A stretch of DNA of 60,859 bases from an uncultured Calditrichaceae bacterium (GCA_964471235.1 CAYYGL010000003.1:1-60859), one strand, 5' to 3'; positions 7,840 through 17,803 are shown, counted from the stretch's first letter. Numbers and translations are program-made. Notes: generated from the sequence alone by a model not told the origin.

Positions 7840-9582
7840 TTACCCCCGGACTTCTTTCTCCACGGGTACCGAATTTTTAGCATCGCGGTACAGATTTTTA
7901 GTGGTTCCGGAAATGTGCCAGATGTAAGGATTGTGATCCCGCAGATGGAAATTAATGGTGGCTTCGATTCGGCAAAACGCCTCAATCAGTATCATCCCGG
8001 TGACATAGAGCAAGTGGCGAGGGTGCCAGTCGATTGCCCGCCAGAGGTATTTTAATATCCGCCGGGATTGGTATGTAGAGACCCGGTAGTCTTTCGTGGC
8101 AAGCAGATGTTTATGCCCCAGCGCAATACGCTTCCGTTGTTTTATGTAATCTTTTACCGTCTCAGGACCCTTGTTCCGAACAATCGCTTCCGGTGCATAG
8201 CGAATCAAATAGCCTTTTTCGTTAAAGGTGGCTTCAATCGCGGCTTCATCCACCGCGGTATAGGAGGGAATCTTCTGGATCACGTTCAGAAAAGCAATCA
8301 TCTCCCCACACTTGGGAGTTTCCAAAGACAGGTGATGATGTAATTCCCAGAGTTTATGCACACAATAGCCAATGAAGGTTTCGGTTGAGTTTACCGGGAT
8401 GGGATGTGCACCTACCACCCCCACCCCGGGGGTACCAAAGGGTTTTACCAGCTCTTCAATGGTTTGTGGTTCCGGGATGGTATCGGCACTTTCCAGAACC
8501 ACGATGTCTCCCACGGCATGTTTTAAGAAGATGTTGATTGCCGAGGCTTTCCCTCGCCGTTGTTCTTCCACAATCAGATGAATTTTCGGATTTCGCTGTT
8601 CAAATTCCCGCACTATCTGATCGGTGCGGTCGGTGGAGCCGGAGGAAACCACAATAATTTCCTCGATGACCCCGGAACTCAATCGCTGATTTTCCAGGGC
8701 TTCCAGGCAATTGGCGATATTATCTTCTTCATTATATGCCATCACCCCAACACTAATGCGGAAAAAACCGGGGGTGAGGGGATGGGTGAGTTTGCGAAAC
8801 TTCACCGGCGTCAGTAATTCTTCGTATTCTTCAACAAAACGAGTGTAATCTTTTCTCAGAAACGTAATATGACGCAATATTTCCAGGAAGGGGGCATGAT
8901 ACCGCCATACTTTTAGTGCCGTTCCCCATCGATCACTGCCGCTTAATTTGGAAACCGAATATTCGGTATCCTTGAACACGAAGGAAACTTCCTTAACCCG
9001 TAAGCGCAAGGCATAAGCAAGATAGATCATGTGAATCTGAAATAGATACCCGCCGGCAGGTAAACTGTCCAGGTCAATCCGGCGCAGGAAAGATGCAGAG
9101 TAGACCCGAAAGCCCGAGGTAAAATCCCATATTGGCTTCACCATAATGTAAGCCACATACATGTTTGCCAGTTTACTCAGCAATAGTTTGCGGAACCGCC
9201 ATCCTTCCACCCGCACCCCACGAATATAGCGGCTGGCTATCAGCAAGTCATAATCCCGGGCGAACTTTAACAATTTATTGAGATAAAACGGGGAATGGGA
9301 GAGATCCGCATCCATGGTAATAATGGGGTCGTAGCCCTCCTTCAAGGCGATTTTAAATCCCTCTTTAATGGCGGAACCAAGCCCGGCTTTCTTCTCCCGA
9401 TGAATCACAATCATATTGCCCAAGTCGGATGCTAATTCCTCAGCCACTTCGCCGGTTCCGTCCGGTGAGTTATCATCAATTACCACAATTGCAAACTCCT
9501 GATCCAGTAAATTGATAATTCTAACCAGAGTCGGCAATTGTTCCGCCTCGTTATAAGTCGGCAATATGATACAGGGATTCAC
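7840..9582 (-). CDS. Two-domain GT2 fusion: an N-terminal DPM1/Ppm1-like polyprenyl-phosphate hexose synthase domain plus a second GT2 domain.
   Basis: 580 aa with a GTG start. Domain 1: CIILPTYNEAEQL, VVIDDNSPDGTGEV, ITMDADLSHSP, YSVSKLS. Domain 2: SVGVMAYNEEDNIANCLEAL, VVSSGSTDRTDQIV, VVLESADTIP. No TM segment is evident. Confidence 0.7.
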   Translation of the reverse strand: MNPCIILPTYNEAEQLPTLVRIINLLDQEFAIVVIDDNSPDGTGEVAEELASDLGNMIVIHREKKAGLGSAIKEGFKIALKEGYDPIITMDADLSHSPFYLNKLLKFARDYDLLIASRYIRGVRVEGWRFRKLLLSKLANMYVAYIMVKPIWDFTSGFRVYSASFLRRIDLDSLPAGGYLFQIHMIYLAYALRLRVKEVSFVFKDTEYSVSKLSGSDRWGTALKVWRYHAPFLEILRHITFLRKDYTRFVEEYEELLTPVKFRKLTHPLTPGFFRISVGVMAYNEEDNIANCLEALENQRLSSGVIEEIIVVSSGSTDRTDQIVREFEQRNPKIHLIVEEQRRGKASAINIFLKHAVGDIVVLESADTIPEPQTIEELVKPFGTPGVGVVGAHPIPVNSTETFIGYCVHKLWELHHHLSLETPKCGEMIAFLNVIQKIPSYTAVDEAAIEATFNEKGYLIRYAPEAIVRNKGPETVKDYIKQRKRIALGHKHLLATKDYRVSTYQSRRILKYLWRAIDWHPRHLLYVTGMILIEAFCRIEATINFHLRDHNPYIWHISGTTKNLYRDAKNSVPVEKEVRG

Positions 9583-10227
9583 AAATAACCCGTTCTTTGA
9601 TTTGGTTATGCAATAAATTTATTTATGACCATTATGCGTTCGATACGTGGTTCAGAACGTCCTCGTAACTATAAGAATAATGCCCCTGTATTTGTTTCCC
9701 GGTAAACTATTGACACTGACTTTTTGTTGTTGTGATAATGTCAAGTTTAAAATCTCAAAATTTTACCAAGTTGTTTGAGAACATCATAATGATTATCGAA
9801 TCCTGACTCGACAACAATGAGAAAATTTGTTAATATATACGTATTCCCCGTTCAAGTGAAATAGAAACATATATCACCAGGCCCCGTTGCTATCCGAAGA
9901 CCATACACAATGTAAATGAACACTATCTATAATCGGTGGTTATGTCAAATGATATTACCAAATGAACAATTTACAATAGAACTTATTCATAGTTAAGTGC
10001 TTTTATAACCTGAATCGTCCCCCTCCCGTTCCAAAAAACGGGGCACTCTCTCTCCGTGGTGTATTTACAATGAATTTTTACGATCATTCTATCCATTTGA
10101 TTACCCACTAATTAAGTGGGAATATGGTCTAATATAAATTGTCCTCATTACAAACGAATTTCAAGCATTTTATTTAAAAAGAACAATTTTTACTTATTCG
10201 GAATTATTCAACCCTAAAGCCCCTTCC

Positions 10228-12072
10228 TCAGGGCTTTCTTACAAATTTATAAATTGCATATCGACGGTGATAGACCGGTGTTAAATACTTGAATCCGAAT
10301 TTATCCACCCAGGTTAAATTTGATTCTTCCTGGCTCACTCTGGAAAATACCGGCGGAAGTTCCTGAATTGGTTTGTTTCTGGAACGATAAATTACCCATA
10401 AGGAATCCATCTGGTCGTAAGGGATATCGGGTACCCCAATACGACAGACCCGGCAAAATTTATCAAAAGGGGTAAAATCGAGCATATACGGTTCGTGATT
10501 CCGGATTGGGGCGTAGAAATAATCCGTGGCAAACGCAAAAATATCCTGGTAAATAATTGGCTGTTTCCCACCGCTATAAGGCGCCGGGTAATTATCTTCC
10601 AGGGCAGCCGATTGCAGAAAAAGGATCCCCGATATCACCATCACAACGGACATGACGATCTGCACCAGCTTAGATAAATAATGATACGATATAACCAGAA
10701 CAAACGGCAACAACACAGCCATAAAGCGGGCAATGATTAAATCACGCCAGAAGAATTGATGCGCCCATAACAATATCCAGAACGCCCCTACAAAAGTGAG
10801 AGTTAACCGTATCTCCGGGGCGGAAATGTTAAGCGGCATCATTTTTATAAGCCGCGAATAGAACCATACCAGACCTAATAGTGCTGTGGGCATCACCTCG
10901 ATTAGCTGAAGCCAACCCAATTTGAGCAATACTTCCAGAATAATGACTATCAAGATAAACAGAATAAAATCGTTCATTAAAATCACATGGCGATTACGTT
11001 CATCAAGGTCATGTTCTGACATTTTTTCTTCGGTTGAAAGAAACAGAATATCCGAAGATGAGATGAACGACAGATGACGTTTTAACGAAGACATCCAGTG
11101 AGAAAGAATCGGATTGGAAACATTTTTTTCGTAATGGTTCAATCGAACCAGGAATGCCCCCAGTAAGATAGCGGATAAACCAACAAACAGGAGTTCGATA
11201 AAACGGAATTGAAAAATCATCACAGAAAAGCGGTAAATCACTTCCTCGGACTGATGAATCACCTTCATAACCACCCGGGAAGTGTTTAACCCGTCAGTAA
11301 CTGAAAGGTACACGGTAGTGGAAAGCCATAACAGCAAAAGGGAACTGAACATAATGATAAAGAATGATTTGATATATTTCGAGCGTCTCATGACAACCAT
11401 CAAGATATAAGGGAGCAATAAGATAAAATTAAAATCCGCTAAAAATCCGCCGAGGGCAACCGCCAGAAAGATCCGGAAATCCTTTTTTTCTCCGGTATGG
11501 GCATATCTTTCCCCAAACCATACCAATAAGGCACTAAAAAGACAGACCAACCCCCACATCCGGGCTACCACAAAGGTATTCAACATAACCCCCGAGGCAC
11601 TCAGTGCGAGGAAGAGATAGGGGGGAGTGTTGGAGGAGATGAGGAGTTTGGTTAACACAAGGAGGAATAATATTCCCACGCCGTAATTAAGCAATCGCAG
11701 AGCAACGATGTCATTGTGTATGCCAAATTGTTGAACGATTTTTTGGAGCAAGTGGAAAGGAGGCGGATGCCCGATACCGAATTCTTTCATTTGGAGAATT
11801 TGCCCAAAAGAAAAACGCTGGGCATATACCCAGGAAAAAAATTCATCCACGTGCACGCCTTTACTGAGAGCGGCTGTCCAGTAAAGGATGGAGAACAAAA
11901 CGGCTGCCATTAAAAAATAGACCACCGGCTTTCGGTTGTTTGAAAAAAGCGATCTCAAGTGTAAAGGACCTTTGATGGTTAGGCAGATAAAAGCATCTCG
12001 GTGAAGGAAGCGATTAATGTTCCATTCCGGGGGCAAAGACTCCTTTCCCAAACCCCCAGAACCAGTAAACAA
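10228..12072 (-). CDS. Polytopic membrane protein, probable GT-C (PMT_2/ArnT-like) glycosyltransferase.
   Basis: 614 aa. VHVDEFFSWVYAQ is a first-loop DE motif, and GIGHPPPFHLLQKIV parallels the HPPL motif of 4434..6023. There are many TM segments. The track start overlaps the upstream GT2 by 59 nt; an internal Met (MAAVLFSILY, about position 11910) is a plausible true start. Confidence 0.5.
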   Translation of the reverse strand: MFTGSGGLGKESLPPEWNINRFLHRDAFICLTIKGPLHLRSLFSNNRKPVVYFLMAAVLFSILYWTAALSKGVHVDEFFSWVYAQRFSFGQILQMKEFGIGHPPPFHLLQKIVQQFGIHNDIVALRLLNYGVGILFLLVLTKLLISSNTPPYLFLALSASGVMLNTFVVARMWGLVCLFSALLVWFGERYAHTGEKKDFRIFLAVALGGFLADFNFILLLPYILMVVMRRSKYIKSFFIIMFSSLLLLWLSTTVYLSVTDGLNTSRVVMKVIHQSEEVIYRFSVMIFQFRFIELLFVGLSAILLGAFLVRLNHYEKNVSNPILSHWMSSLKRHLSFISSSDILFLSTEEKMSEHDLDERNRHVILMNDFILFILIVIILEVLLKLGWLQLIEVMPTALLGLVWFYSRLIKMMPLNISAPEIRLTLTFVGAFWILLWAHQFFWRDLIIARFMAVLLPFVLVISYHYLSKLVQIVMSVVMVISGILFLQSAALEDNYPAPYSGGKQPIIYQDIFAFATDYFYAPIRNHEPYMLDFTPFDKFCRVCRIGVPDIPYDQMDSLWVIYRSRNKPIQELPPVFSRVSQEESNLTWVDKFGFKYLTPVYHRRYAIYKFVRKP

Positions 12073-12916
12073 GTCCGATTTTTAACACAATCACTGCCAT
12101 CGGATGACGAAACACAATTGCCGGATTTTTCTGGATGAATACCATTAGAGTGCGAAACAGTTTAACAGCCGGAAGTAGGGGACCGACGGTAAGAAAGAGA
12201 ATTTTATTTCTGGCAATCGACGCTCCCGGGAGTGGCAGCACCTTTAACACGCGGGAGGTGATATGACCGATTTTTTTCTGATGCTGCAAAAATGTGCGGA
12301 AGTCACTGCGATGGGTATGTTTGACCCGAATATCCGGTGAGAATAGAATCCGATATCCGCTTTGGGTGACTTGATAGTTAAACACCAGGTCTTCCTGGGG
12401 ATAATAGCGGGGATCGAAATAGCCGAGCTTTTCGAACACCCATCTTTTATAAGAAATATTTAGGGTGGGGATATGAGGTACAAACCCCCGGGGCTGCTGG
12501 GGAATGAATTCCCGAAATTCCCCCATATATCCCGCCCATCCCACATTATCATGGAGTGGATTCCCATTAATTGCCGCGCCGCCGATAGCAGCCACCTCAG
12601 GGAACTCCCGGTGTAGGGAGACGATTTTCTCCATCCATTCCCGGTCTGCTTCACAATCCGAATCGATGAACAAAATAATTTCTCCCCGGGACTCTTTTAC
12701 CCCATGATTCCGGGCAGTACCCGGATCTGTTTTTCGCTCAAAATGAATCAACTGAACCTGCGGATAGCGAGTGGTTACAATCTCCGGTGTTTTATCCACC
12801 GAACTGTCAGCCAGGATTATCTCAAATTCACCCCGATAAGTTTGGGCATACAGGGCATCCAAACATTTCTCAATGGTTGATTGCGAATTATAAGATGGGA
12901 TAATGACAGAAATCAT
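12014..12916 (-). CDS. GT2 family glycosyltransferase.
   Basis: MISVIIPSYNSQSTIEKCLDALYAQTY and ILFIDSDCEA (DxD). I place the start at the internal ATG (12914-12916), 2 nt after the upstream stop. The track ORF extends to 12973. Confidence 0.8.
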   Translation of the reverse strand: MISVIIPSYNSQSTIEKCLDALYAQTYRGEFEIILADSSVDKTPEIVTTRYPQVQLIHFERKTDPGTARNHGVKESRGEIILFIDSDCEADREWMEKIVSLHREFPEVAAIGGAAINGNPLHDNVGWAGYMGEFREFIPQQPRGFVPHIPTLNISYKRWVFEKLGYFDPRYYPQEDLVFNYQVTQSGYRILFSPDIRVKHTHRSDFRTFLQHQKKIGHITSRVLKVLPLPGASIARNKILFLTVGPLLPAVKLFRTLMVFIQKNPAIVFRHPMAVIVLKIGLVYWFWGFGKGVFAPGMEH

Positions 12917-12918
12917 GT

Positions 12919-13785
12919 CTACCGGTTTATGAAAATGAAGTAGCGGTGATGTCCCCAGAAATTTTTGATACAACGGGGAGCATGTTCCAACATTCCGTAG
13001 CGGAGAATTTCTCCTTCCATCCCCGGATTTTTCCCGGAGAAGAAATCAAGAATACACCATCCCGAGTGACCGGTTTCGTTTTTTCTTTTTGCAACAAGCC
13101 GTTTCGCCACCCAGTTTAGTTTTAAGCGGGCAAGCAAATCTTCCTTTTTCATGGGAATGTCCGGCCAGGGGGGAACATCGAAAATTCCTTGCTTCCATAA
13201 CTGCCACCCCTCCCCGCTGAATGCCCTTTTCACAGTTTTCGGCTGGATATGGGAAAGATGTATTTGGGGCACATCCACTGCATATTTTTTACGCAGCAAA
13301 TACCCCAGTCCCCGGGTGTTGGGAACACAAATCAGAATCACTTTTCCGGCGGTTTGTTTCACCCGATTCGCAAAGCGCTCCAGGTCTTTCACAAACCACA
13401 GGGCGGCAAAATTCCATACCAGGTCAAAAGCCCCGGGGGGAAATGGTAATTCCTCCGGATTGTGACACAGAACTTCAGCGGGCAGGTTTATCTTCTGCCA
13501 GGTTTTCCGGATGAGCTCGACCCGCTGCTCATTGTCATCCACAATTGTGACTCGCTTCCCCTGTTTTGCCCACCAAATGCTGTTAATGCCGCTGATGCCG
13601 GTCATCCCGAAAGCCGGCACTTCCAGGATGGTTTCAATATCTGCCTGCTCAGCTATCATTGAAAAAATGCCATGCAGCAAAAACCGTTCGTAGGTGGTGC
13701 CCAGCCCTTCATCTGGATTGGAAAAATAATCTTCCCAGGTGTCAAGAACCGGTAGAAACGGATTGATTGACTGGTGCTGATTCAT
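12919..13785 (-). CDS. Class I SAM-dependent methyltransferase.
   Basis: 288 aa. ILEVPAFGMTGISGIN (motif I-like), VTIVDDNEQ (acidic residue after beta-2) and FDLVWNFAALWFV. The start is uncertain because of a 44-nt overlap with the upstream gene. Confidence 0.65.
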   Translation of the reverse strand: MNQHQSINPFLPVLDTWEDYFSNPDEGLGTTYERFLLHGIFSMIAEQADIETILEVPAFGMTGISGINSIWWAKQGKRVTIVDDNEQRVELIRKTWQKINLPAEVLCHNPEELPFPPGAFDLVWNFAALWFVKDLERFANRVKQTAGKVILICVPNTRGLGYLLRKKYAVDVPQIHLSHIQPKTVKRAFSGEGWQLWKQGIFDVPPWPDIPMKKEDLLARLKLNWVAKRLVAKRKNETGHSGWCILDFFSGKNPGMEGEILRYGMLEHAPRCIKNFWGHHRYFIFINR

Positions 13786-14755
13786 GTTTGGGATATGCCT
13801 CTTTCAGGTATTGAGCGACACTTTCCAGGGTATCTGCCAGCGGGCAGGAACACAGTTTTTCGATGTAGGAGGTATCGTAATACCAGGAACGGGAAATTAA
13901 TTTTAAACTAATATGGATGCCTTTGATATTGACAACATTGGTAAGCCCTTCTGCCACCCGGAAAAGGAAAGGAGGGGATAAAAACTTTCTGGGATATGGC
14001 GATCCGTAAAAATACTGATGAATCAAATCTACCAGGTCCGTTAAAGGAACCGGGGTTTTATCTGCCAGATTGAGAATAAAATCCTGGGGAAGCTCCTCGT
14101 GTTTCACTACTTTTTGGATAAACTCCCGGAGGATGTTTACATTCAAAAGATGAATCAATATATCCTGGTTTATTAACGGAAAGTAATGCTTCCGAACCAT
14201 ACTGATGAGTTTGGGTAAGAAACCATTATCTCCCATGCCATAAGTAATGGTAGGGCGGAAAATTACAAATGGAATTTTCCCTTTCAAGCGATGAACGATC
14301 AACTTTTCGGCTTTATACTTGGAAATATGGTAATTCCCTTCCGGATCGGCATAGGTCCAGGGGTCTGCCGGTAAGCGGCAGGGAATGGTGCCATAAACTC
14401 CCACGGTGCTACAATAGACAAAGCGAGTGATGTTATGGTGAAGAGAAAATTCCACCAATTTATGGGTACCGCGGACATTTACATCGTAATAATCCTTCCA
14501 CCGCCCGTTGCCATCTCCACGGATGGCGGCAAAGTGAAGAATCATATCCGGTGCGAAGTTGTGATATTCCTGTAAAATCTCGGGTGCATCGAATCGACCG
14601 TTTAGCAAAGTTACCCGGGGGGAAGAATCGAATTCTTCACTCAATTTGTCAATACAACGCGATGGGGCGAGGATCGTATGACCATCCTCGATCAATCCTC
14701 CCAACACATGTCTGCCAATAAATCCGGAGGCGCCTGTGAGTATTATTTTTGCCAT
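13742..14755 (-). CDS. NAD-dependent sugar epimerase/dehydratase (extended SDR).
   Basis: 337 aa. ILTGASGFIGRHV (GxxGxxG) and YHISKYKAE (YxxxK). Confidence 0.8.
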   Translation of the reverse strand: MAKIILTGASGFIGRHVLGGLIEDGHTILAPSRCIDKLSEEFDSSPRVTLLNGRFDAPEILQEYHNFAPDMILHFAAIRGDGNGRWKDYYDVNVRGTHKLVEFSLHHNITRFVYCSTVGVYGTIPCRLPADPWTYADPEGNYHISKYKAEKLIVHRLKGKIPFVIFRPTITYGMGDNGFLPKLISMVRKHYFPLINQDILIHLLNVNILREFIQKVVKHEELPQDFILNLADKTPVPLTDLVDLIHQYFYGSPYPRKFLSPPFLFRVAEGLTNVVNIKGIHISLKLISRSWYYDTSYIEKLCSCPLADTLESVAQYLKEAYPKHESAPVNQSVSTGS

Positions 14756-14821
14756 TGTGCAAGATCAGAATTTTCGCATTTGCAATTTGGTTCCTTTCAT
14801 CTTTTCCCCAGGCTACCTTTT

Positions 14822-16060
14822 CTATCCGTCTTCAGAAATCAGTTGAATGCTTGCAACCGGAAAAACCACGACATCCAATCCCGGTTTCTGCAATAAAGTG
14901 GAAATTCTGTTCAGGAGTGCTTCCACATTATTGTGCAATTCATACCCGCTCCAAAACACCTGTTGAAAGGTGTCCGGCTGAATACCCGGCAAAAAGAAAA
15001 GAATGAGATGGTTCTTTAACAGCCGTTTTTCACGCGGGGGACGATACAATTTTCCACCGGGTCCGAATAAATCATGCACACCCAACCCCTTGGTACAAGC
15101 AGCACTGACCACGAAGATAGTTTCCTCATTCCAGAAAGGTTTTTGAGCAGATAATACGGGATTAAACGCCGTATCGATTTGCAGCAACTCCGTATCCTTG
15201 GGATACGCATTCAGCCATACCACATCGTAAGTTTCCCGGTTAAGGGAGACGGTGTATTGTTTCCGGGCAACATCCGTCAGGGCATAATAAGTGGAGAACA
15301 ATTCTCCGGCTTGAATGTGAATGCATTCTCGTCCTTCCCCGCTCAAAAACCCAACAAAGTAATCTACCGGAATCTTCTGCATGAACTCATCTAATATCTT
15401 TCGAAATTTGTTTTCCCGAACGTTTCCGATTTTTCCCACAAATCCCATCAGTGCCATTTGATGGGTACGCCGGGTAACTTCGATATTGGATAAACCGGGC
15501 AGCACCATTTTGGGACCGCCGCTGAATCCTGCGAAGGGATGCGGCACCACCGCACTCATGATCACCCGAAAATCCGCCTCCATAAAATGCCGGTTTATTT
15601 TTATCGGGATCTTGCCCCATTCAATATCTACCGGGATCACGTCATGGTGATAATCATGATTATGCACCGAGACAAACGCGTGCTGAAATGGCGCTGTTCC
15701 AATCTTTTCTTCCAGTTCCGGGCGGTTTAAAGGTCGATGAGTGCCCAAACCTACCACGATCTTTAACTTCGGCACCGGGTCAAGCAGGCGCAGTTCTTTC
15801 AGAAATTGTTCAAAAAAGAAAGCGTAGCTGATGGGGCGGGTCAGGTCATCCACCGCAATGGCAATTTCCCCGGGATTGCGGTTTGCCACTTGGGCAATTA
15901 ACCGACCGACCTCCCGGGCAATGGCATCTGTTTGAACCGGCTTTATTTCCGGCAGATGGGCTACCTCAATCTGCCAGTTCCGGGGATGATGAATTTCCTT
16001 ATGTTCATCCCCATACCAGGCATTCCAGGGGAGGCGGAACGAGAGCGAATTCATTGTCAT
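14822..16060 (-). CDS. LarA-family (nickel-pincer-nucleotide dependent) racemase/epimerase homologue (DUF2088).
   Basis: 412 aa. AVDDLTRP, GLGTHRP, VVPHPFAGFSGGPK and TRRTHQ. With the track start, the His/His/Lys/His residues fall at positions 108/174/184/200 and the Asp/Arg at 72/75. As far as I recall, these are the catalytic and cofactor-binding positions of Lactiplantibacillus plantarum LarA. Confidence 0.7.
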   Translation of the reverse strand: MTMNSLSFRLPWNAWYGDEHKEIHHPRNWQIEVAHLPEIKPVQTDAIAREVGRLIAQVANRNPGEIAIAVDDLTRPISYAFFFEQFLKELRLLDPVPKLKIVVGLGTHRPLNRPELEEKIGTAPFQHAFVSVHNHDYHHDVIPVDIEWGKIPIKINRHFMEADFRVIMSAVVPHPFAGFSGGPKMVLPGLSNIEVTRRTHQMALMGFVGKIGNVRENKFRKILDEFMQKIPVDYFVGFLSGEGRECIHIQAGELFSTYYALTDVARKQYTVSLNRETYDVVWLNAYPKDTELLQIDTAFNPVLSAQKPFWNEETIFVVSAACTKGLGVHDLFGPGGKLYRPPREKRLLKNHLILFFLPGIQPDTFQQVFWSGYELHNNVEALLNRISTLLQKPGLDVVVFPVASIQLISEDG

Positions 16061-16091
16061 CTGTTGTACCGGTTAACAGGGGGTTTGCAAA

Positions 16092-16343
16092 CTATTGTTG
16101 GCGACTCCGGATATAGGTAACCATCGCATTAATGGAATCAAAGTTTTCCGGCACCATGTCATCTTCTTCAACTGTTATGTTAAACTGAGTTTCAATAAAC
16201 TCAATCAAATCCAGCATTTTAACCGAATCAATGAGTCCCATCTCCAGGAGAGAATCGTCATTCGTTAAATTCTCAAATTCATCCTTTAAACTATCTTCAT
16301 ACAAAAATTCTCGTAATTTGTCTTCCACAACTTTATCAGCCAT
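16092..16343 (-). CDS. Acyl/peptidyl carrier protein.
   Basis: 83 aa and acidic. The motif LEMGLIDSVKMLDLIEFIE contains the DS phosphopantetheine attachment site within a 4-helix carrier pattern. Confidence 0.75.
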   Translation of the reverse strand: MADKVVEDKLREFLYEDSLKDEFENLTNDDSLLEMGLIDSVKMLDLIEFIETQFNITVEEDDMVPENFDSINAMVTYIRSRQQ

Positions 16344-16376
16344 AATGATTCCTTTCTGTTAACAACCGTTCAATCA

Positions 16377-17612
16377 TCAGGATTCCCGGACATGCTCCCA
16401 GGTAACGTATTTAATACCTCTTAAATTATCTATCAAACCGAAGAGGGCAGCAAAATGGGAGGTGGTAAAATAATACGGAAAATACAGCCAAATCGGTAAA
16501 TTTTCATTTTCACGGGCAAAGAAAGCGCCTATTATGGATAGGAGTACAAAGCCGGATTGCACCACCATAAAAGCATTGTAAAAAAACGATGGGGAGAACA
16601 ATACGATAAAAAGATTGGAAACAAATAACATTCCGATTAAGAGCCAATTAAACCAGCGTAAAATTTTATGGGAAAACAATTCAAAGATAAATTTGAAATT
16701 TCTTCGGAACGTGAACAGTTTGATATACTTTTTGAATGAGCGGTAACTTCGGTTGACAATTCTTCTTTTTCGGGAAAATTCCTTATCAAAATCACCGGCA
16801 GCATTTTCATAACAAATCGCCCGGTTGTTAAAAAGCCCCAGATACCCTTTGGAAGCAATTATCAGAGGATTGGCAAAATCTCCGATATCATCCGCTTCCA
16901 GGTTTTGATAAAGGGAACGGCGGATGGCATAAATCGCACCATCGCCAACGCATACCGAATGAAATTGCGATTCCAATTCCTTCAGCATCGTTTCGTATCT
17001 CCAATACAGACTCTCATTTTCGACCGCGGCATTTTCACTGCTGTCATAATACAATGCTTTTCCCACGACATAGCCAACTCGTTCATCTCCAAAATATTTT
17101 ACCAACTCCTGGAGGGCATTCTGTTCATAGATGGCATTGGCATCGGAGAACACCACCACCTCTCCCCGGGCTTCTGCTACCGCGCGATTCAACCCCAATG
17201 ATTTCCCATAGCGCCGCGGTTGTCTAAGCAACCGGATTCGGGAATCCCGTTTTGTCCATTCATTAATAATTTTATCCGTGTTATCATCGGATGCATCGGA
17301 TACCACCAAAATTTCATATTTTTCCGCAGGATAACTAAGCTCAACACTATTTTTCAACTTCTTGTCGATCACCTGCTCTTCATTATATGCCGAAATTATC
17401 AATGTTAAGGGAGGGAAATAGTTGTCCGATAGGGTTATCCGGTGACCATTACCTCTTAATTTAACGATCAAATACAAAATCAAGGGGTATAAAAAGTAAC
17501 TGTAAAACAACAGAAACAGAGTCGCCCAGAACAGGATATATACAAATGTTAACATATCACCCCAGTGATTTTCGAAATGTTCACCATCACAGTATTCATT
17601 ATCGGCTTTCAC
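16377..17612 (-). CDS. Membrane-embedded GT2 glycosyltransferase with TM segments on both sides of the catalytic domain; possibly processive (synthase-like).
   Basis: 411 aa. LTLIISAYNEEQVIDKKL, VVSDASDDNTDKI, VVFSDANAIY, CVGDGAIYAIRR and FSRKRRIVNRSY. One N-terminal and about three C-terminal TM helices. Confidence 0.75.
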   Translation of the reverse strand: MKADNEYCDGEHFENHWGDMLTFVYILFWATLFLLFYSYFLYPLILYLIVKLRGNGHRITLSDNYFPPLTLIISAYNEEQVIDKKLKNSVELSYPAEKYEILVVSDASDDNTDKIINEWTKRDSRIRLLRQPRRYGKSLGLNRAVAEARGEVVVFSDANAIYEQNALQELVKYFGDERVGYVVGKALYYDSSENAAVENESLYWRYETMLKELESQFHSVCVGDGAIYAIRRSLYQNLEADDIGDFANPLIIASKGYLGLFNNRAICYENAAGDFDKEFSRKRRIVNRSYRSFKKYIKLFTFRRNFKFIFELFSHKILRWFNWLLIGMLFVSNLFIVLFSPSFFYNAFMVVQSGFVLLSIIGAFFARENENLPIWLYFPYYFTTSHFAALFGLIDNLRGIKYVTWEHVRES

Positions 17613-17803
17613 AAAAGTTTATATTAAAAATAATCGGTTAAAGCGAATCAATGAAACAAACCGATATCCACCTGGAGAGCCAACTTCTCTTCCAGAATAA
17701 TGGAAAGTCACCGGTTCAAAGCGGTAACAGTGGAAAATGGCTGTTAAAAAACGGAATCCAATAGATGAAGACGGAAGTGGTTACTCCCAACACTGTTCAT
17801 AGA

